A stretch of 64,000 bases of DNA from Vulcanimicrobiota bacterium. Lineage in GTDB: Bacteria > Vulcanimicrobiota > Vulcanimicrobiia > Vulcanimicrobiales > Vulcanimicrobiaceae. The position numbers and the translations under genes were made by a program. Within the stretch, counting starts at the first letter, position 1. Every line of letters begins with the position of its first letter. Below the pieces are notes generated by a model. It was given only the letters and a program-made list of their open reading frames with translations. It searched no databases and was not told the origin of the DNA. Where the stretch lies: NCBI GenBank assembly GCA_963833095.1, contig CAWHWQ010000008.1:128001-192000 (forward strand), read 5' to 3'. Positions 51,538-60,327 of the stretch are shown piece after piece.

Positions 51538-51655
51538 GAATCGCGTTCCGATTCCGCCTTAGCTACCTCTGCCGCCGCAAGCTTGCCGTACCAGGTAAGG
51601 AACTCCTCGCTGTGCTCGACGCCGAAAGCGATGATCGACCTCGGCGACAGCCTTT

Positions 51656-51808
51656 TTACTCAGCCGTTTCTTTAACGCGGAGCCGGATTGCGAGCAGCTT
51701 GCGGTTCTCGTCCTCAGTAAGTTCGGGACGGCTAATCTCGACGAGATTTTCAAGTTCGTCCTCATCCGGATCGCGAGCTTTGCGCGTTCGTTTGGCCTTC
51801 TCTTCCAC
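51656..51808 (-). CDS. 50-aa charged passenger ORF, possibly truncated
   Basis: TGCTATAGT extended -10 just upstream of GTG; MEEKAKRTRKARDPDEDELENLVEISRPELTEDENRKLLAIRLRVKETAE. Confidence 0.4.
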   Translation of the reverse strand: MEEKAKRTRKARDPDEDELENLVEISRPELTEDENRKLLAIRLRVKETAE

Positions 51809-51954
51809 GGGAAGGCCACTATAGCACGTTGATCCGCGAATTTGCTTCGATCATCCGCAAAAAGAGCAGGATAGCGGATTTTCCTCGGGGAACAGCATCG
51901 AACACACGGTCGCGAGGATGAAGCCTACGCTTCGCCCAAACGGCCAAGTCCCGA

Positions 51955-51989
51955 AAGGGAAGGGCGCCAACGTTGCAACGCTGACGCCC
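51955..51989 (-). terminator. Hairpin downstream of the tRNA-like gene
   Basis: GGGCGTCAGCGT-TGCA-ACGTTGGCGCCC followed by TTCCCTTT. Confidence 0.45.
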
Positions 51990-52008
51990 ATTGGACCGGT
52001 TCTGGGAC

Positions 52009-52081
52009 CTCCCGGGGTCGGAATCGAACCGACAGCCTGACCATGGACAGTGGACCGCTCTACCATTGAGCTACACCGGGA
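52009..52081 (-). tRNA. Atypical tRNA-like gene, anticodon GTC (Asp), inside the IS
   Basis: Cloverleaf with D arm GCTC/GAGC and T arm GTCGG-TTCGATT-CCGAC. Bulged acceptor stem, T-T mismatch in the anticodon stem, C37, no adjacent CCA. Confidence 0.75.
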
Positions 52082-52313
52082 TCAAGGAACGAGGGCGAGG
52101 CCGCCAGCCTCGCCTTTTCCTATCCAAGGGTCCCGTTGCGTCGTTACTCTGCCCGAGTGCCCACTCCTTGTGATCGACCTGTGGATAGACCGCAATATAA
52201 TGTGCACGTTGTGTGCAGGAGCTTCAAAAACACAAGATATAGCGGGTCGATTTTCTCCCTGACCGCACGTAAAATGCCAACCAGGTGGCATGTCGGCCAC
52301 CTAGCTTAGAAGC

Positions 52314-53234
52314 ATGGCTTCTAAGACGAACCTGGCCCCCGTGCAAAAGTATACGTTCAAGGATTTCGAGCAAGACTTCCCAACCGAGCGCGCATGCATG
52401 GAATGGCTGCTGGAGCACTTCTATCCCTACGGCATCCATTGCCTGACCTGCGGTGAGGTCCGGCCTCACCATCTGCTCAAGACTCGCCCGAAGGTCGCCT
52501 CATGCGACTACTGCGGGTCGCACACACATCCGACAGCCGGTACGATCTTCCACAAGTCGCGCACGTCGCTGCGGACGTGGTTCCACGCGATCTTCCTGAT
52601 GAGCGCCACCCGATGCGGAATCTCGGCCATGCAACTAATGCGCGAAACCGGCGTCACCTACAAGACTGCCTGGCGCATGTTCAATCAGATTCGCGCCATG
52701 CTCGCCGAGAACGTCGTGCTCGAAGGCAAGGTCGAAGCGGACGAGACCTACATGGGCGGCTACAAGCGCGGCAAGAAGTATCGCGCCGGTGTCGGCAAGA
52801 CCGTTGTCGCTGGTGCGGTCGAACGTGGCGGCAAAGTGTTCGCGTACCTGCCGAAAGACGGACGCGATGGCTACGAATTAACCGAGAACATTCGAGCGCG
52901 CGTGATGCCCGAAACAATGATCTTCACGGACGAGGCGCTTCAATACAGTCGTCTGTCACGCATGGGCCAAGGCTATCTTCACCGTCGCATCCATCACGCG
53001 CAAAAAGTATATGTGCGCGGCGACGTGCATACGAATACGATCGAGGGGTTCTGGTCGTTAGTAAAAGGCGGGATTCGCGGGGTGTATCACTCGGTCTCCG
53101 CCAAGCATTTGCAAGGGTACCTGAACGAATACACCTTTCGCTACAATCACCGCGACGACGCGCGTCCTATGTTTAGGACTTTTTGCTCGAACGTCCGGAA
53201 GGACTTTGTGGCGATTCGCCGTCGCGTCGTCTAA
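52314..53234 (+). CDS. IS1595-family DDE transposase
   Basis: CxxC...CxxC zinc ribbon, GTIF, GV.YKTAWRM HTH, EADETY, TDE, HTNTIEGFW and YLNEYTFRYN.R. Confidence 0.96.
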   Translation: MASKTNLAPVQKYTFKDFEQDFPTERACMEWLLEHFYPYGIHCLTCGEVRPHHLLKTRPKVASCDYCGSHTHPTAGTIFHKSRTSLRTWFHAIFLMSATRCGISAMQLMRETGVTYKTAWRMFNQIRAMLAENVVLEGKVEADETYMGGYKRGKKYRAGVGKTVVAGAVERGGKVFAYLPKDGRDGYELTENIRARVMPETMIFTDEALQYSRLSRMGQGYLHRRIHHAQKVYVRGDVHTNTIEGFWSLVKGGIRGVYHSVSAKHLQGYLNEYTFRYNHRDDARPMFRTFCSNVRKDFVAIRRRVV

Positions 53235-53358
53235 CAGCCTTACCGAGATCACGCATGAAATCCTCACGCGTGAACGATTCTAGACCTTGCGTTTTCATAG
53301 CAGCCAACGAATCCTTACTTGTTGCCGAATTGCTGCCTTGGTTTATGAGGTCTGTCAT
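53173..53358 (-). CDS. 61-aa ORF overlapping the transposase 3' end in antisense
   Basis: AGGA RBS; helix FTREDFMRDLGKAVRR; directly downstream of the Ntn gene. Confidence 0.5.
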   Translation of the reverse strand: MTDLINQGSNSATSKDSLAAMKTQGLESFTREDFMRDLGKAVRRRDGESPQSPSGRSSKKS

Positions 53359-53379
53359 AATGGTTCCTAACTTCTCTTC

Positions 53380-54174
53380 TCACCGAGTATTTGCTTTATT
53401 TGCACGGGTTTGAAAGCCATCCATCCGCGTGATGGTCGCGACGTCTATGGCCCCTCCAACCCCGCGAACTCCGATCATCCACTGCTGTAGTGTTATCGTC
53501 ACCCGAAGCATAGAAATAACTACGTCGATGCAGTCCTGAAGGGGAAGAAACTGCCAAGGGATAGGTAAGGCGAACTGCTCCTTAAGCTTCTTTTCAAGGT
53601 CAGGGTCGTGCTTTCCGAGGATGTTCTCTACCACTTCAGGTAAGCGGAAATCGAAGCCCTGAATCAGCCGATCTACCACCTCGCGTTGACCGCCCCACTG
53701 CACCCCAAAGTCCGGTAGGCTTTCCACGGGCTTGAGATTTATTGGGACCTTCACCTCAAATGCGCGCCCGTATGGAGCGCCTTCGTCATAACCGGCCACG
53801 AAGAAAATCATCTCTTGGCCTTGCGGGGGGTTCGGGTCCATGCCCGCTTTCTTCCATTGCTTATCAAAGAAAGCGCCAAGGCGCTCGGCGAATTGTTCGA
53901 CGGAGAGCCGCTGCGCCCCGATTTCAGTGTCGAACTCGGGCATAAAGCTGACTGCCGTTCGAGGCTCATTTTGACCGATGACCCCGGCGCCAAAGGTGAC
54001 CGCAGCCACATACGGCTGAGCCTTTGAGGTTAGCAGCTTACTCGCGTGGTCGTAGGTCGCAGGAATGAGGACCTGTTGTCCATTTGGCAGTTGCTGCATT
54101 ACCGTTAAGGTGACCCGGCTGTCGGCGGCGAGCACGATCCCTTCCGGGCCTTTAAACACAAGTCCGAGAGACAT
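53380..54174 (-). CDS. Proteasome-beta/HslV-like Ntn hydrolase (IS passenger), 264 aa
   Basis: M-SLGLVFKGPEGIVLAADSRVT, FVAGYD and VGGAIDVATIT; TACAAT -10 at 54183-54188. Confidence 0.75.
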   Translation of the reverse strand: MSLGLVFKGPEGIVLAADSRVTLTVMQQLPNGQQVLIPATYDHASKLLTSKAQPYVAAVTFGAGVIGQNEPRTAVSFMPEFDTEIGAQRLSVEQFAERLGAFFDKQWKKAGMDPNPPQGQEMIFFVAGYDEGAPYGRAFEVKVPINLKPVESLPDFGVQWGGQREVVDRLIQGFDFRLPEVVENILGKHDPDLEKKLKEQFALPIPWQFLPLQDCIDVVISMLRVTITLQQWMIGVRGVGGAIDVATITRMDGFQTRANKANTR

Positions 54175-54273
54175 GGGCGGGTATTGTAGCACGGCACGCT
54201 CGGCGGCTGCCATGGGCCGTAGGTCGGTGCGGTTACGTGCCGTGCGGGGATAATCACCAAACATTTTCGCAAT

Positions 54274-54289
54274 TGTTTCACGGGGAACG
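54274..54289. promoter_or_regulatory. parS: parS-like site 2
   Basis: TGTTTCACGGGGAACG; 15-bp perfect inverted copy of site 1. Confidence 0.75.
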
Positions 54290-54409
54290 TGGCGGACGGC
54301 CAGCCTTCGAGGTTCCGCCGAGCGGGTTAGCCGGGCGATGAGCACCCCGACTGCGTCGCCTGTGCGAAGCGCGAGGCGCTTAGCGAGGCCGAATGTCGAA
54401 GGCGGCCCT

Positions 54410-55123
54410 GTGCCGAAGTTGCGCAGCGTGAAGATCGGGCTGAGCTACGATCAGGGGTCGCCCAAGTATCGCCTTTATACCGGGGCGCTTATGGCTGCCG
54501 CGGAGCAGGCCAATATCGATGTTCAACCCTTTTGGCTCGCCGGCGCGGACCGGGAAACTGACTGGACCGCGATCCAGACGATGGACGGCCTGTTGCTTAC
54601 CGGCGGAGCCGACATCGAGCCGCAGCGCTATGGTCTGAGCGACGCCGCCGGCGTTTGCTCGACGTATCCGGGGCGCGACGACATTGAATGGTCAATTCTC
54701 GAGGCCGCGATGGCGCGGCGTTTGCCGATGCTTGCGATTTGCCGCGGCATGCAGCTCATCAACGTATACCACGGCGGGACGCTCCATCCCGACCTCGTGA
54801 CCGTTGAGAACCATCAGCTCGACGATGACCGGCGACACGCCGTGATGTGCGAGGCGACGGCGGCATTGCCCATTCTCATCGGCCAACTCGAGGGCGAGGT
54901 CACCTCGACCCATCATCAGGCCGTCGCAAAGCTCGGGCATGGGCTTCAGATTGCCGCGCGCCACGCGGACGGGACGGTCGAAGCGATCGAATGGACCCGC
55001 CCGATGCGCCGCCCGTGGCTAGCCGCTGTACAGTGGCATCCGGAGCGCATGGGGCTCGATGAACCATTTTCGGGCGGACTTTTCCGCGGGTTTCTACAGG
55101 CCGTCTCGCTCGCGCGCGACTAA
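54410..55123 (+). CDS. Peptidase C26 / gamma-glutamyl-gamma-aminobutyrate hydrolase family
   Basis: LTGGADI.P..YG, AICRGMQ, HHQAV and VQWHPE motifs. Confidence 0.92.
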   Translation: MPKLRSVKIGLSYDQGSPKYRLYTGALMAAAEQANIDVQPFWLAGADRETDWTAIQTMDGLLLTGGADIEPQRYGLSDAAGVCSTYPGRDDIEWSILEAAMARRLPMLAICRGMQLINVYHGGTLHPDLVTVENHQLDDDRRHAVMCEATAALPILIGQLEGEVTSTHHQAVAKLGHGLQIAARHADGTVEAIEWTRPMRRPWLAAVQWHPERMGLDEPFSGGLFRGFLQAVSLARD

Positions 55124-55136
55124 GCCGACCCCGCGC

Positions 55137-55814
55137 CTACCAGCAGAGCGGGCGTTTCTCCGGAACGCCCGTCCGCCGTGGGAAACGGCTCGGGGTGGGC
55201 CCGATTTTCCGCACCACAATGACGCGACGGTCGCCTTCGAGCGGCGTTTCGCTCTCGACGTGACCGCCCAGCATCACGGCCGCATCGCTGAGCGCATGGC
55301 GCTCGCGCGCGTCGATCGTGCCGCGTTGCAAGAGCGCTTTGCCGCCGACGGCCACGAACGGCAACAACAATTCGACCACGGTCGGACCGCCGGCGACCGC
55401 ACGTGCCGTCCCGGTTGCAAATTGGTCCCGCAGCCGGGTATCGTGCCCGGCGACTTCGGCGCGCTCGGGTACCACCTCGCCCGCGAGTCCCAGTTCGCCC
55501 AACATCCGCTCGAGGAAACGCGCCTTCTTCACGGTGGCCTCGATCAGGGTCACGGGGACGCCGGTTACGATCGCGAGCGGTATCGCCGGCAGGCCACCGC
55601 CTGAGCCGATGTCGACCAGCGATTCGCCGAGGTCGGCCGCAATCGTGAGGCTGTCGAGGATGTGCGGCGCAAACTCAGCCGCCGACTTCGCCCCGGTGAG
55701 ATTGAACTGACGGTTGGCCTCGAGCACGGCTTCACCATAGCGCACGAGGCGATCGAGGTGCTCGGGCGGTGCCCCGGACGCCTCAAGAAGCGCGCGAAGT
55801 TGCGGGTCACTCAA
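55137..55814 (-). CDS. rsmG: 16S rRNA m7G527 methyltransferase
   Basis: [26 protein letters not shown] and FPRR.G.P motifs. Confidence 0.95.
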   Translation of the reverse strand: MSDPQLRALLEASGAPPEHLDRLVRYGEAVLEANRQFNLTGAKSAAEFAPHILDSLTIAADLGESLVDIGSGGGLPAIPLAIVTGVPVTLIEATVKKARFLERMLGELGLAGEVVPERAEVAGHDTRLRDQFATGTARAVAGGPTVVELLLPFVAVGGKALLQRGTIDARERHALSDAAVMLGGHVESETPLEGDRRVIVVRKIGPTPSRFPRRTGVPEKRPLCW

Positions 55815-57685
55815 CGTATGTTGCTGCTTACTTTAGGTAGCCTCCCACGCTCGATGAAAAGCCCAACGATCGCAACGTCGGCCGGCGTGACGCCCGGGAT
55901 CCGGCCTGCTGCGCCGAGCGTGCGCGGCCGTTGCGCGCTCAATTTCTCGCGTGCCTCGCGCGAGAGTGCCGAAATATCGGCATAATCAAAGTCCAGAGGA
56001 ATGAGGGCGCGCTCCGCTTTGGCCGCGCGTTCGATCGCGATTTCCTGACGCCGCACGTACCCGGCGACTTTGAGTTGAATCGTGATGCGCTCGCCGATCT
56101 CAGGCGCAAGCCGCGGTTCGAACCGTTCCGCTATATCACCAAACTCCAGCGTCGGACGGCGCAAGGCGTCAGCTAGCGTTGCCCCCGCATCGAACTCCTG
56201 ATCTTTGACGCGCTCGGCTCCGACGCGTGTGCGTTCGGCGCGGGTAATGCCCGCGTGCAACGACGCCTGGCGCACCTCGTAGGCCTCCCACGCAGCGTCA
56301 TCGACCAGGCCGATCTCGCGGCCGATCGGCGTCAGGCGCGTATCAGCGTTGTCGTGCCGCAGAATCACGCGATGTTCGGCGCGCGAGGTCAACATGCGAT
56401 AGGGTTCGTCGACACCTTTGGTCACGAGATCGTCGATCAACACCCCGATGTACGCTTGACTGCGCGAAAGGCGTAGCGGCTCGCGTTCTTGCACCGCGCG
56501 CGCGGCGTTGATTCCCGCAAGCAACCCTTGCGCGGCGGCCTCTTCGTAGCCCGACGTCCCATTGAGTTGTCCGCAGTGATACAGCCCGGCGATGCGCTGC
56601 GTTTCGAGCGTATCGCGCAATTCGGTCGGCGGCACCATGTCGTATTCCACCGCATATCCGGCGCGCAACATCACACAGTCTTCCAACCCGGGCAGCGTAT
56701 GCAGCATTTGGATTTGAATTTCAGCCGGGAGCGAGGTCGAAAATCCGCCGACGTAGAGTGTGGGTTCGTTCCAGCCTTCGGGTTCGATGAAAAGTTGGTG
56801 CGACGGATTGTGGGCGAACTTCACCACTTTATCTTCGATCGACGGACAATAGCGCGGACCGATGCCTTCGATCAAATCGAGGCCGTACAGCGGCGAATAC
56901 AAGAGGTTGTCGCGCACGAGTTTGTGCGTGCGCTCGTTGGTTTCGGTGACATAACACGGTAATTGCGGGCCGTTGAACGTTGCGTCGCTCGTGTAGGAAA
57001 ACAGCAACGGCGTTGCGCTCGGCGGCTGCATGAGCATGTCGTCGTAATTGACGCTGGTTTTATCGATGCGCGGCGGCGTGCCGGTTTTGAGTCGTTTGGT
57101 CGGAAACCCTAAGCGGCGCAGCGCATGCGCGAGACCGATCGCCGGCGCTTCGCCGAAACGTCCTTCGGCTTGCACGACGCTTCCGCGAAAGGTTTTACCG
57201 CCCAGAAACGTGCCGGTGGCGAGCACGACGCTGCGCGCGTAATGGCGCGCGCCGCCGGCGCATGCCACGCCACGAATGCGGCCGTCTTCGACGATGAGAT
57301 CGTCAACCAGGCCTTGCACGATTGTCAGGTTCGGCTGCGCGCGTAGCACGTCGATTGCAAGCCGCGCGTAGGCAGGCTTGTCCATGAGTTGACGCAGCGC
57401 GCGCACCGCCGGACCCTTGCTCTCGTTCAAAAAACGCGCGTGCAGACTGCAACGATCGGCCATGCGCGCCATCGCACCGCCCAGCGCATCGATCTCGCGC
57501 ACGAGTTGTCCCTTGGCGCTGCCGCCGATCGACGGATTGCACGGCAGCGTGCAGATCTTGTCAGGGTCGCCCGTGACCAGCATCGTTGGGACGCCCAGGC
57601 GCGCGGATGCGAGCGCCGCTTCAATGCCCGCATGACCCCCACCAACGACGATGACACCCGCGTCATCATTGTGTCCATTCTGCAT
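55811..57685 (-). CDS. mnmG: tRNA uridine 5-carboxymethylaminomethyl modification enzyme
   Basis: [34 protein letters not shown] and [16 protein letters not shown] motifs. Confidence 0.98.
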   Translation of the reverse strand: MQNGHNDDAGVIVVGGGHAGIEAALASARLGVPTMLVTGDPDKICTLPCNPSIGGSAKGQLVREIDALGGAMARMADRCSLHARFLNESKGPAVRALRQLMDKPAYARLAIDVLRAQPNLTIVQGLVDDLIVEDGRIRGVACAGGARHYARSVVLATGTFLGGKTFRGSVVQAEGRFGEAPAIGLAHALRRLGFPTKRLKTGTPPRIDKTSVNYDDMLMQPPSATPLLFSYTSDATFNGPQLPCYVTETNERTHKLVRDNLLYSPLYGLDLIEGIGPRYCPSIEDKVVKFAHNPSHQLFIEPEGWNEPTLYVGGFSTSLPAEIQIQMLHTLPGLEDCVMLRAGYAVEYDMVPPTELRDTLETQRIAGLYHCGQLNGTSGYEEAAAQGLLAGINAARAVQEREPLRLSRSQAYIGVLIDDLVTKGVDEPYRMLTSRAEHRVILRHDNADTRLTPIGREIGLVDDAAWEAYEVRQASLHAGITRAERTRVGAERVKDQEFDAGATLADALRRPTLEFGDIAERFEPRLAPEIGERITIQLKVAGYVRRQEIAIERAAKAERALIPLDFDYADISALSREAREKLSAQRPRTLGAAGRIPGVTPADVAIVGLFIERGRLPKVSSNIR

Positions 57686-57726
57686 GCCAGGCGAGCGCTT
57701 TAAGAAGTTCGAAGCAAATACCTACT

Positions 57727-58104
57727 ATGAAGACGCTTCCAATGACGTTGGCCGCGCTCTTGAGTGTTGCGGCCCTCCTTATCGCACCTGCGGTCGCCCA
57801 GACGATCAGCGTGAACCACGCGACTATGGCCATGACCGTCGGCCAGACCGCCGAGATCTACGTGGAATCGCACGGTGGCAGCGCGCCGGGCATCGCCGGC
57901 GGCACATGCGGGAGCTATCCGCCTGGGAAGCCCTCAGACATGGTCGCGATCACGCACTTCCACCAGTACAAGGTAAGCATCGGGGGCACGCTGACCCTCG
58001 ACGTGAAAGCCCAGCATCCGGGGCGGTGCTATGTTCGCTATAGCACGAGTGGCAATAATGGCCGTCAAGCATTGACCCAGACGGACTTCACGGTGAAGCC
58101 ATGA
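57727..58104 (+). CDS. Secreted hypothetical protein
   Basis: Signal peptide ending AVA|Q; beta-rich with 2 Cys. Confidence 0.65.
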   Translation: MKTLPMTLAALLSVAALLIAPAVAQTISVNHATMAMTVGQTAEIYVESHGGSAPGIAGGTCGSYPPGKPSDMVAITHFHQYKVSIGGTLTLDVKAQHPGRCYVRYSTSGNNGRQALTQTDFTVKP

Positions 58105-58439
58105 CGAACGGACTGCGCATTAAAGCGCTGGCGAGCTTCGTGCTGGCATTCGCCACCTTTTCGGGCACGCTCGTCGATCGAACCACCGGGCAGCCCCTCA
58201 CCCACGTGCACGTGTACGTCGCCGGCCCAAGCGCCGAGGATGACATCACCGACGCTCACGGCCAGTTCACGCTCAAGAACCTCAAGCCGGGAAGCTACAC
58301 GGTCACGGTCGAGTCGAACGACGTGCCGCAGCAGACCTTCAAAGTGACGCTCTCCCATCGGATCACCGTCCTCACGATCAAGGCCTGCAGCACGACCCTC
58401 GACTATCATTGCGCTGCGCCCGGCAGCGGTCCCGGCTAG
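58101..58439 (+). CDS. Carboxypeptidase-regulatory-like (beta-sandwich) domain protein
   Basis: SGTLVD..TGQPL....V...TDAHGQF.L.NL.PGSYTVTV. Confidence 0.8.
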   Translation: MTNGLRIKALASFVLAFATFSGTLVDRTTGQPLTHVHVYVAGPSAEDDITDAHGQFTLKNLKPGSYTVTVESNDVPQQTFKVTLSHRITVLTIKACSTTLDYHCAAPGSGPG

Positions 58440-58990
58440 GCCGTCGCGTGCGCGCGTAGCCGGAACGAAAACGCGATCATGATGATGCCGAAGAGAATCG
58501 CGTAGAAGCCGATCAGATAGATCACCGTGAGGATGCCGATCATCGGATAGATGATCAGCAGCACGCCGAAGACGATCGACAGGATTCCGCCCAGGATCAG
58601 CATCCATTCGTTGGGGACTAGCGCGCGCAATTGGAAGGCCGCAATGAGTTCGAGGATCCCGGTGAGGATGGCCCAGATGGCGATCGCAAAATAGATCGAG
58701 AGTCCAGCCAGCCCCGGATAGAACACGACAAACGCCGCGACCACGATGCCGACGATGCCCTCGACCACGAAGGCGATCCAGCGTTCGTGCGCTTGTGCGG
58801 CGCGAAACGCCGAAACCAGCGCAAAAACGCCGTCGACAAACGCGTAGGCGCCGAATAAAAAGATCAGCGCCACGGCCGTTATGCCCGGCCAGAAAATCGC
58901 CAGAAGACCGAAAATCACCGCGGCAATACCGCGGATCAGCAACGCCCACCAGTTCCGTGCCAAAACTCCAAGCATGTCGTTCTCCCTCAC
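58436..58990 (-). CDS. HdeD/DUF308 family membrane protein
   Basis: NWWALLIRGIAAVIFG...WPG; duplicated TM hairpins. Confidence 0.9.
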   Translation of the reverse strand: MRENDMLGVLARNWWALLIRGIAAVIFGLLAIFWPGITAVALIFLFGAYAFVDGVFALVSAFRAAQAHERWIAFVVEGIVGIVVAAFVVFYPGLAGLSIYFAIAIWAILTGILELIAAFQLRALVPNEWMLILGGILSIVFGVLLIIYPMIGILTVIYLIGFYAILFGIIMIAFSFRLRAHATA

Positions 58991-60327
58991 TTGCCGATAC
59001 AGAAGCGACCAAAGACGCCGCTGAGCACCTCGTCGGCGGCGACGTCTCCGGTGACGTGCCCGAGGGCAGCGTAAGCCTCCTGCAGGTCACCGACGATCAA
59101 ATCAACCGGCTCGCCAGCCCGGAGCGTTGCACTCGCCGCGTCGAGGGAACCGAGTGCCGCGCGTACGGCGTCGAACTCGCGCGCCGAGGCCAGGTGCGGC
59201 CGCTCGAGATCCGGTTGCTCGCCGCCCCAACCGACGCGGGCCAAGGAGGTGCGCACCGCGCGAATCGTGCCCGGCTCGTAGACGCTGCCGCTGATCGCGT
59301 CGGCGATCCCGGCCTCGCGCGCCCCCGCTTCGCCCAGATCGGCCTTGTTGAAAAAGACGACGCGGTCGGCTGCTTTGGTTCGCGCGAGCAGCGCACGCGC
59401 GGCGTCCGAGAGCGGAGCGGACCCGTCGAGCACGAGCAGGGCGACGCGTGCGGATTCGAGCGCGCGCTGCGACCGTTCGATACCCGCGGCTTCCAAACGA
59501 TCGGCATGTTCACGAATGCCCGCGGTATCGACCAGGCGAACGCGCACGCCGTCGATGGCAATCGACTCCTCGATGGTATCGCGGGTCGTGCCCGCAATCT
59601 CGGAGACGATTGCGCGTTCCTCGCCGAGCAACGCGTTGAGCAGCGAGGATTTCCCGGCGTTGGGTGGACCGACGATCGCTACCGTCACGCCTTCGCGCAC
59701 CAGTCGCCCCACTTCGCCGTCGTGCTGCAGGCGCTGTAATTCGGCGACGATCGCGTCGAGTTCGTGCAACACGTGCGCGCGATCGGGATCGGGCACTTCT
59801 TCGGGAAAGTCGACCGCGCCGCTGCAATCTTCGACGATAGCCGTCAAACGCGCGCGAAGCGCGTTGACCTCGCCTGCAAGGCCACCGCCGAGATTGGCGA
59901 GTGCGGCACGTGCTGCCGAACGCGTCTCAGCGTCGATGACGTCGGCGACGGCCGCGGCGGCGTGCAGATCCATCTTGCCGTGCATAAAAGCGCGACGTGT
60001 AAACTCTCCGGGCTCCGCGAGACGCGCGCCCACCGCAAGCAACGCGCGCAACACCTCGCGCGCTACGATCGGCGAACCGTGAATCTGCAGCTCGAGCGTA
60101 TCCTCGCCGGTGTAGCTGTGCGGTTGCGGCGAAAAGATCGCAACACCGCGATCGATCTGCGCTCCGCGCTCGTCGACGATGCTGGTATAGTGCGCGTAGC
60201 GCGGACGCAGTCGCGCCGACGGCACGATCCGCGCGGCAATCGCGCGCACATCCGGTCCGCTGATGCGCACGATCGCGATCGCGCCGCGTCCCGGCGGCGT
60301 CGCGAGCGCAGCAATCGTCTCGCTCAC
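58987..60327 (-). CDS. mnmE: tRNA modification GTPase
   Basis: TIAALATP, SYTGED, GEFTRRAF, GPPNAGKSS, DTAG, NKAD and FCIGK motifs. Confidence 0.98.
   Translation of the reverse strand: MSETIAALATPPGRGAIAIVRISGPDVRAIAARIVPSARLRPRYAHYTSIVDERGAQIDRGVAIFSPQPHSYTGEDTLELQIHGSPIVAREVLRALLAVGARLAEPGEFTRRAFMHGKMDLHAAAAVADVIDAETRSAARAALANLGGGLAGEVNALRARLTAIVEDCSGAVDFPEEVPDPDRAHVLHELDAIVAELQRLQHDGEVGRLVREGVTVAIVGPPNAGKSSLLNALLGEERAIVSEIAGTTRDTIEESIAIDGVRVRLVDTAGIREHADRLEAAGIERSQRALESARVALLVLDGSAPLSDAARALLARTKAADRVVFFNKADLGEAGAREAGIADAISGSVYEPGTIRAVRTSLARVGWGGEQPDLERPHLASAREFDAVRAALGSLDAASATLRAGEPVDLIVGDLQEAYAALGHVTGDVAADEVLSGVFGRFCIGK

Larger units (their letters stand above)
51186..54258 (+). mobile_element. 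IS1595-family transposon with passenger genes (3073 bp)
   Basis: TIRs GGTGATTATCCCTTGACCGCACGTA (51186-51210) and 54234-54258 are 21/25 identical. TSD AAACATTT at 51178-51185 and 54259-54266. Confidence 0.95.

Noticed and set aside
51851..52066. 71-aa ORF ending in CSFCG (ClpX zinc-finger-like)
   Set aside because: Overlaps the tRNA-like gene and hairpins, has no RBS, and stops before a second Cys pair.
52009..52081. tRNA as the attachment site of an integrative element
   Set aside because: No integrase or duplicated tRNA 3' end; the boundaries are fully explained by the IS1595 TIRs and TSD.
54175..54345. 57-aa N-terminal extension (propeptide) of the Ntn protein in the ORF track
   Set aside because: It crosses the right TIR into host DNA, so it cannot belong to the passenger gene; ATG 54174 follows a -10 box.
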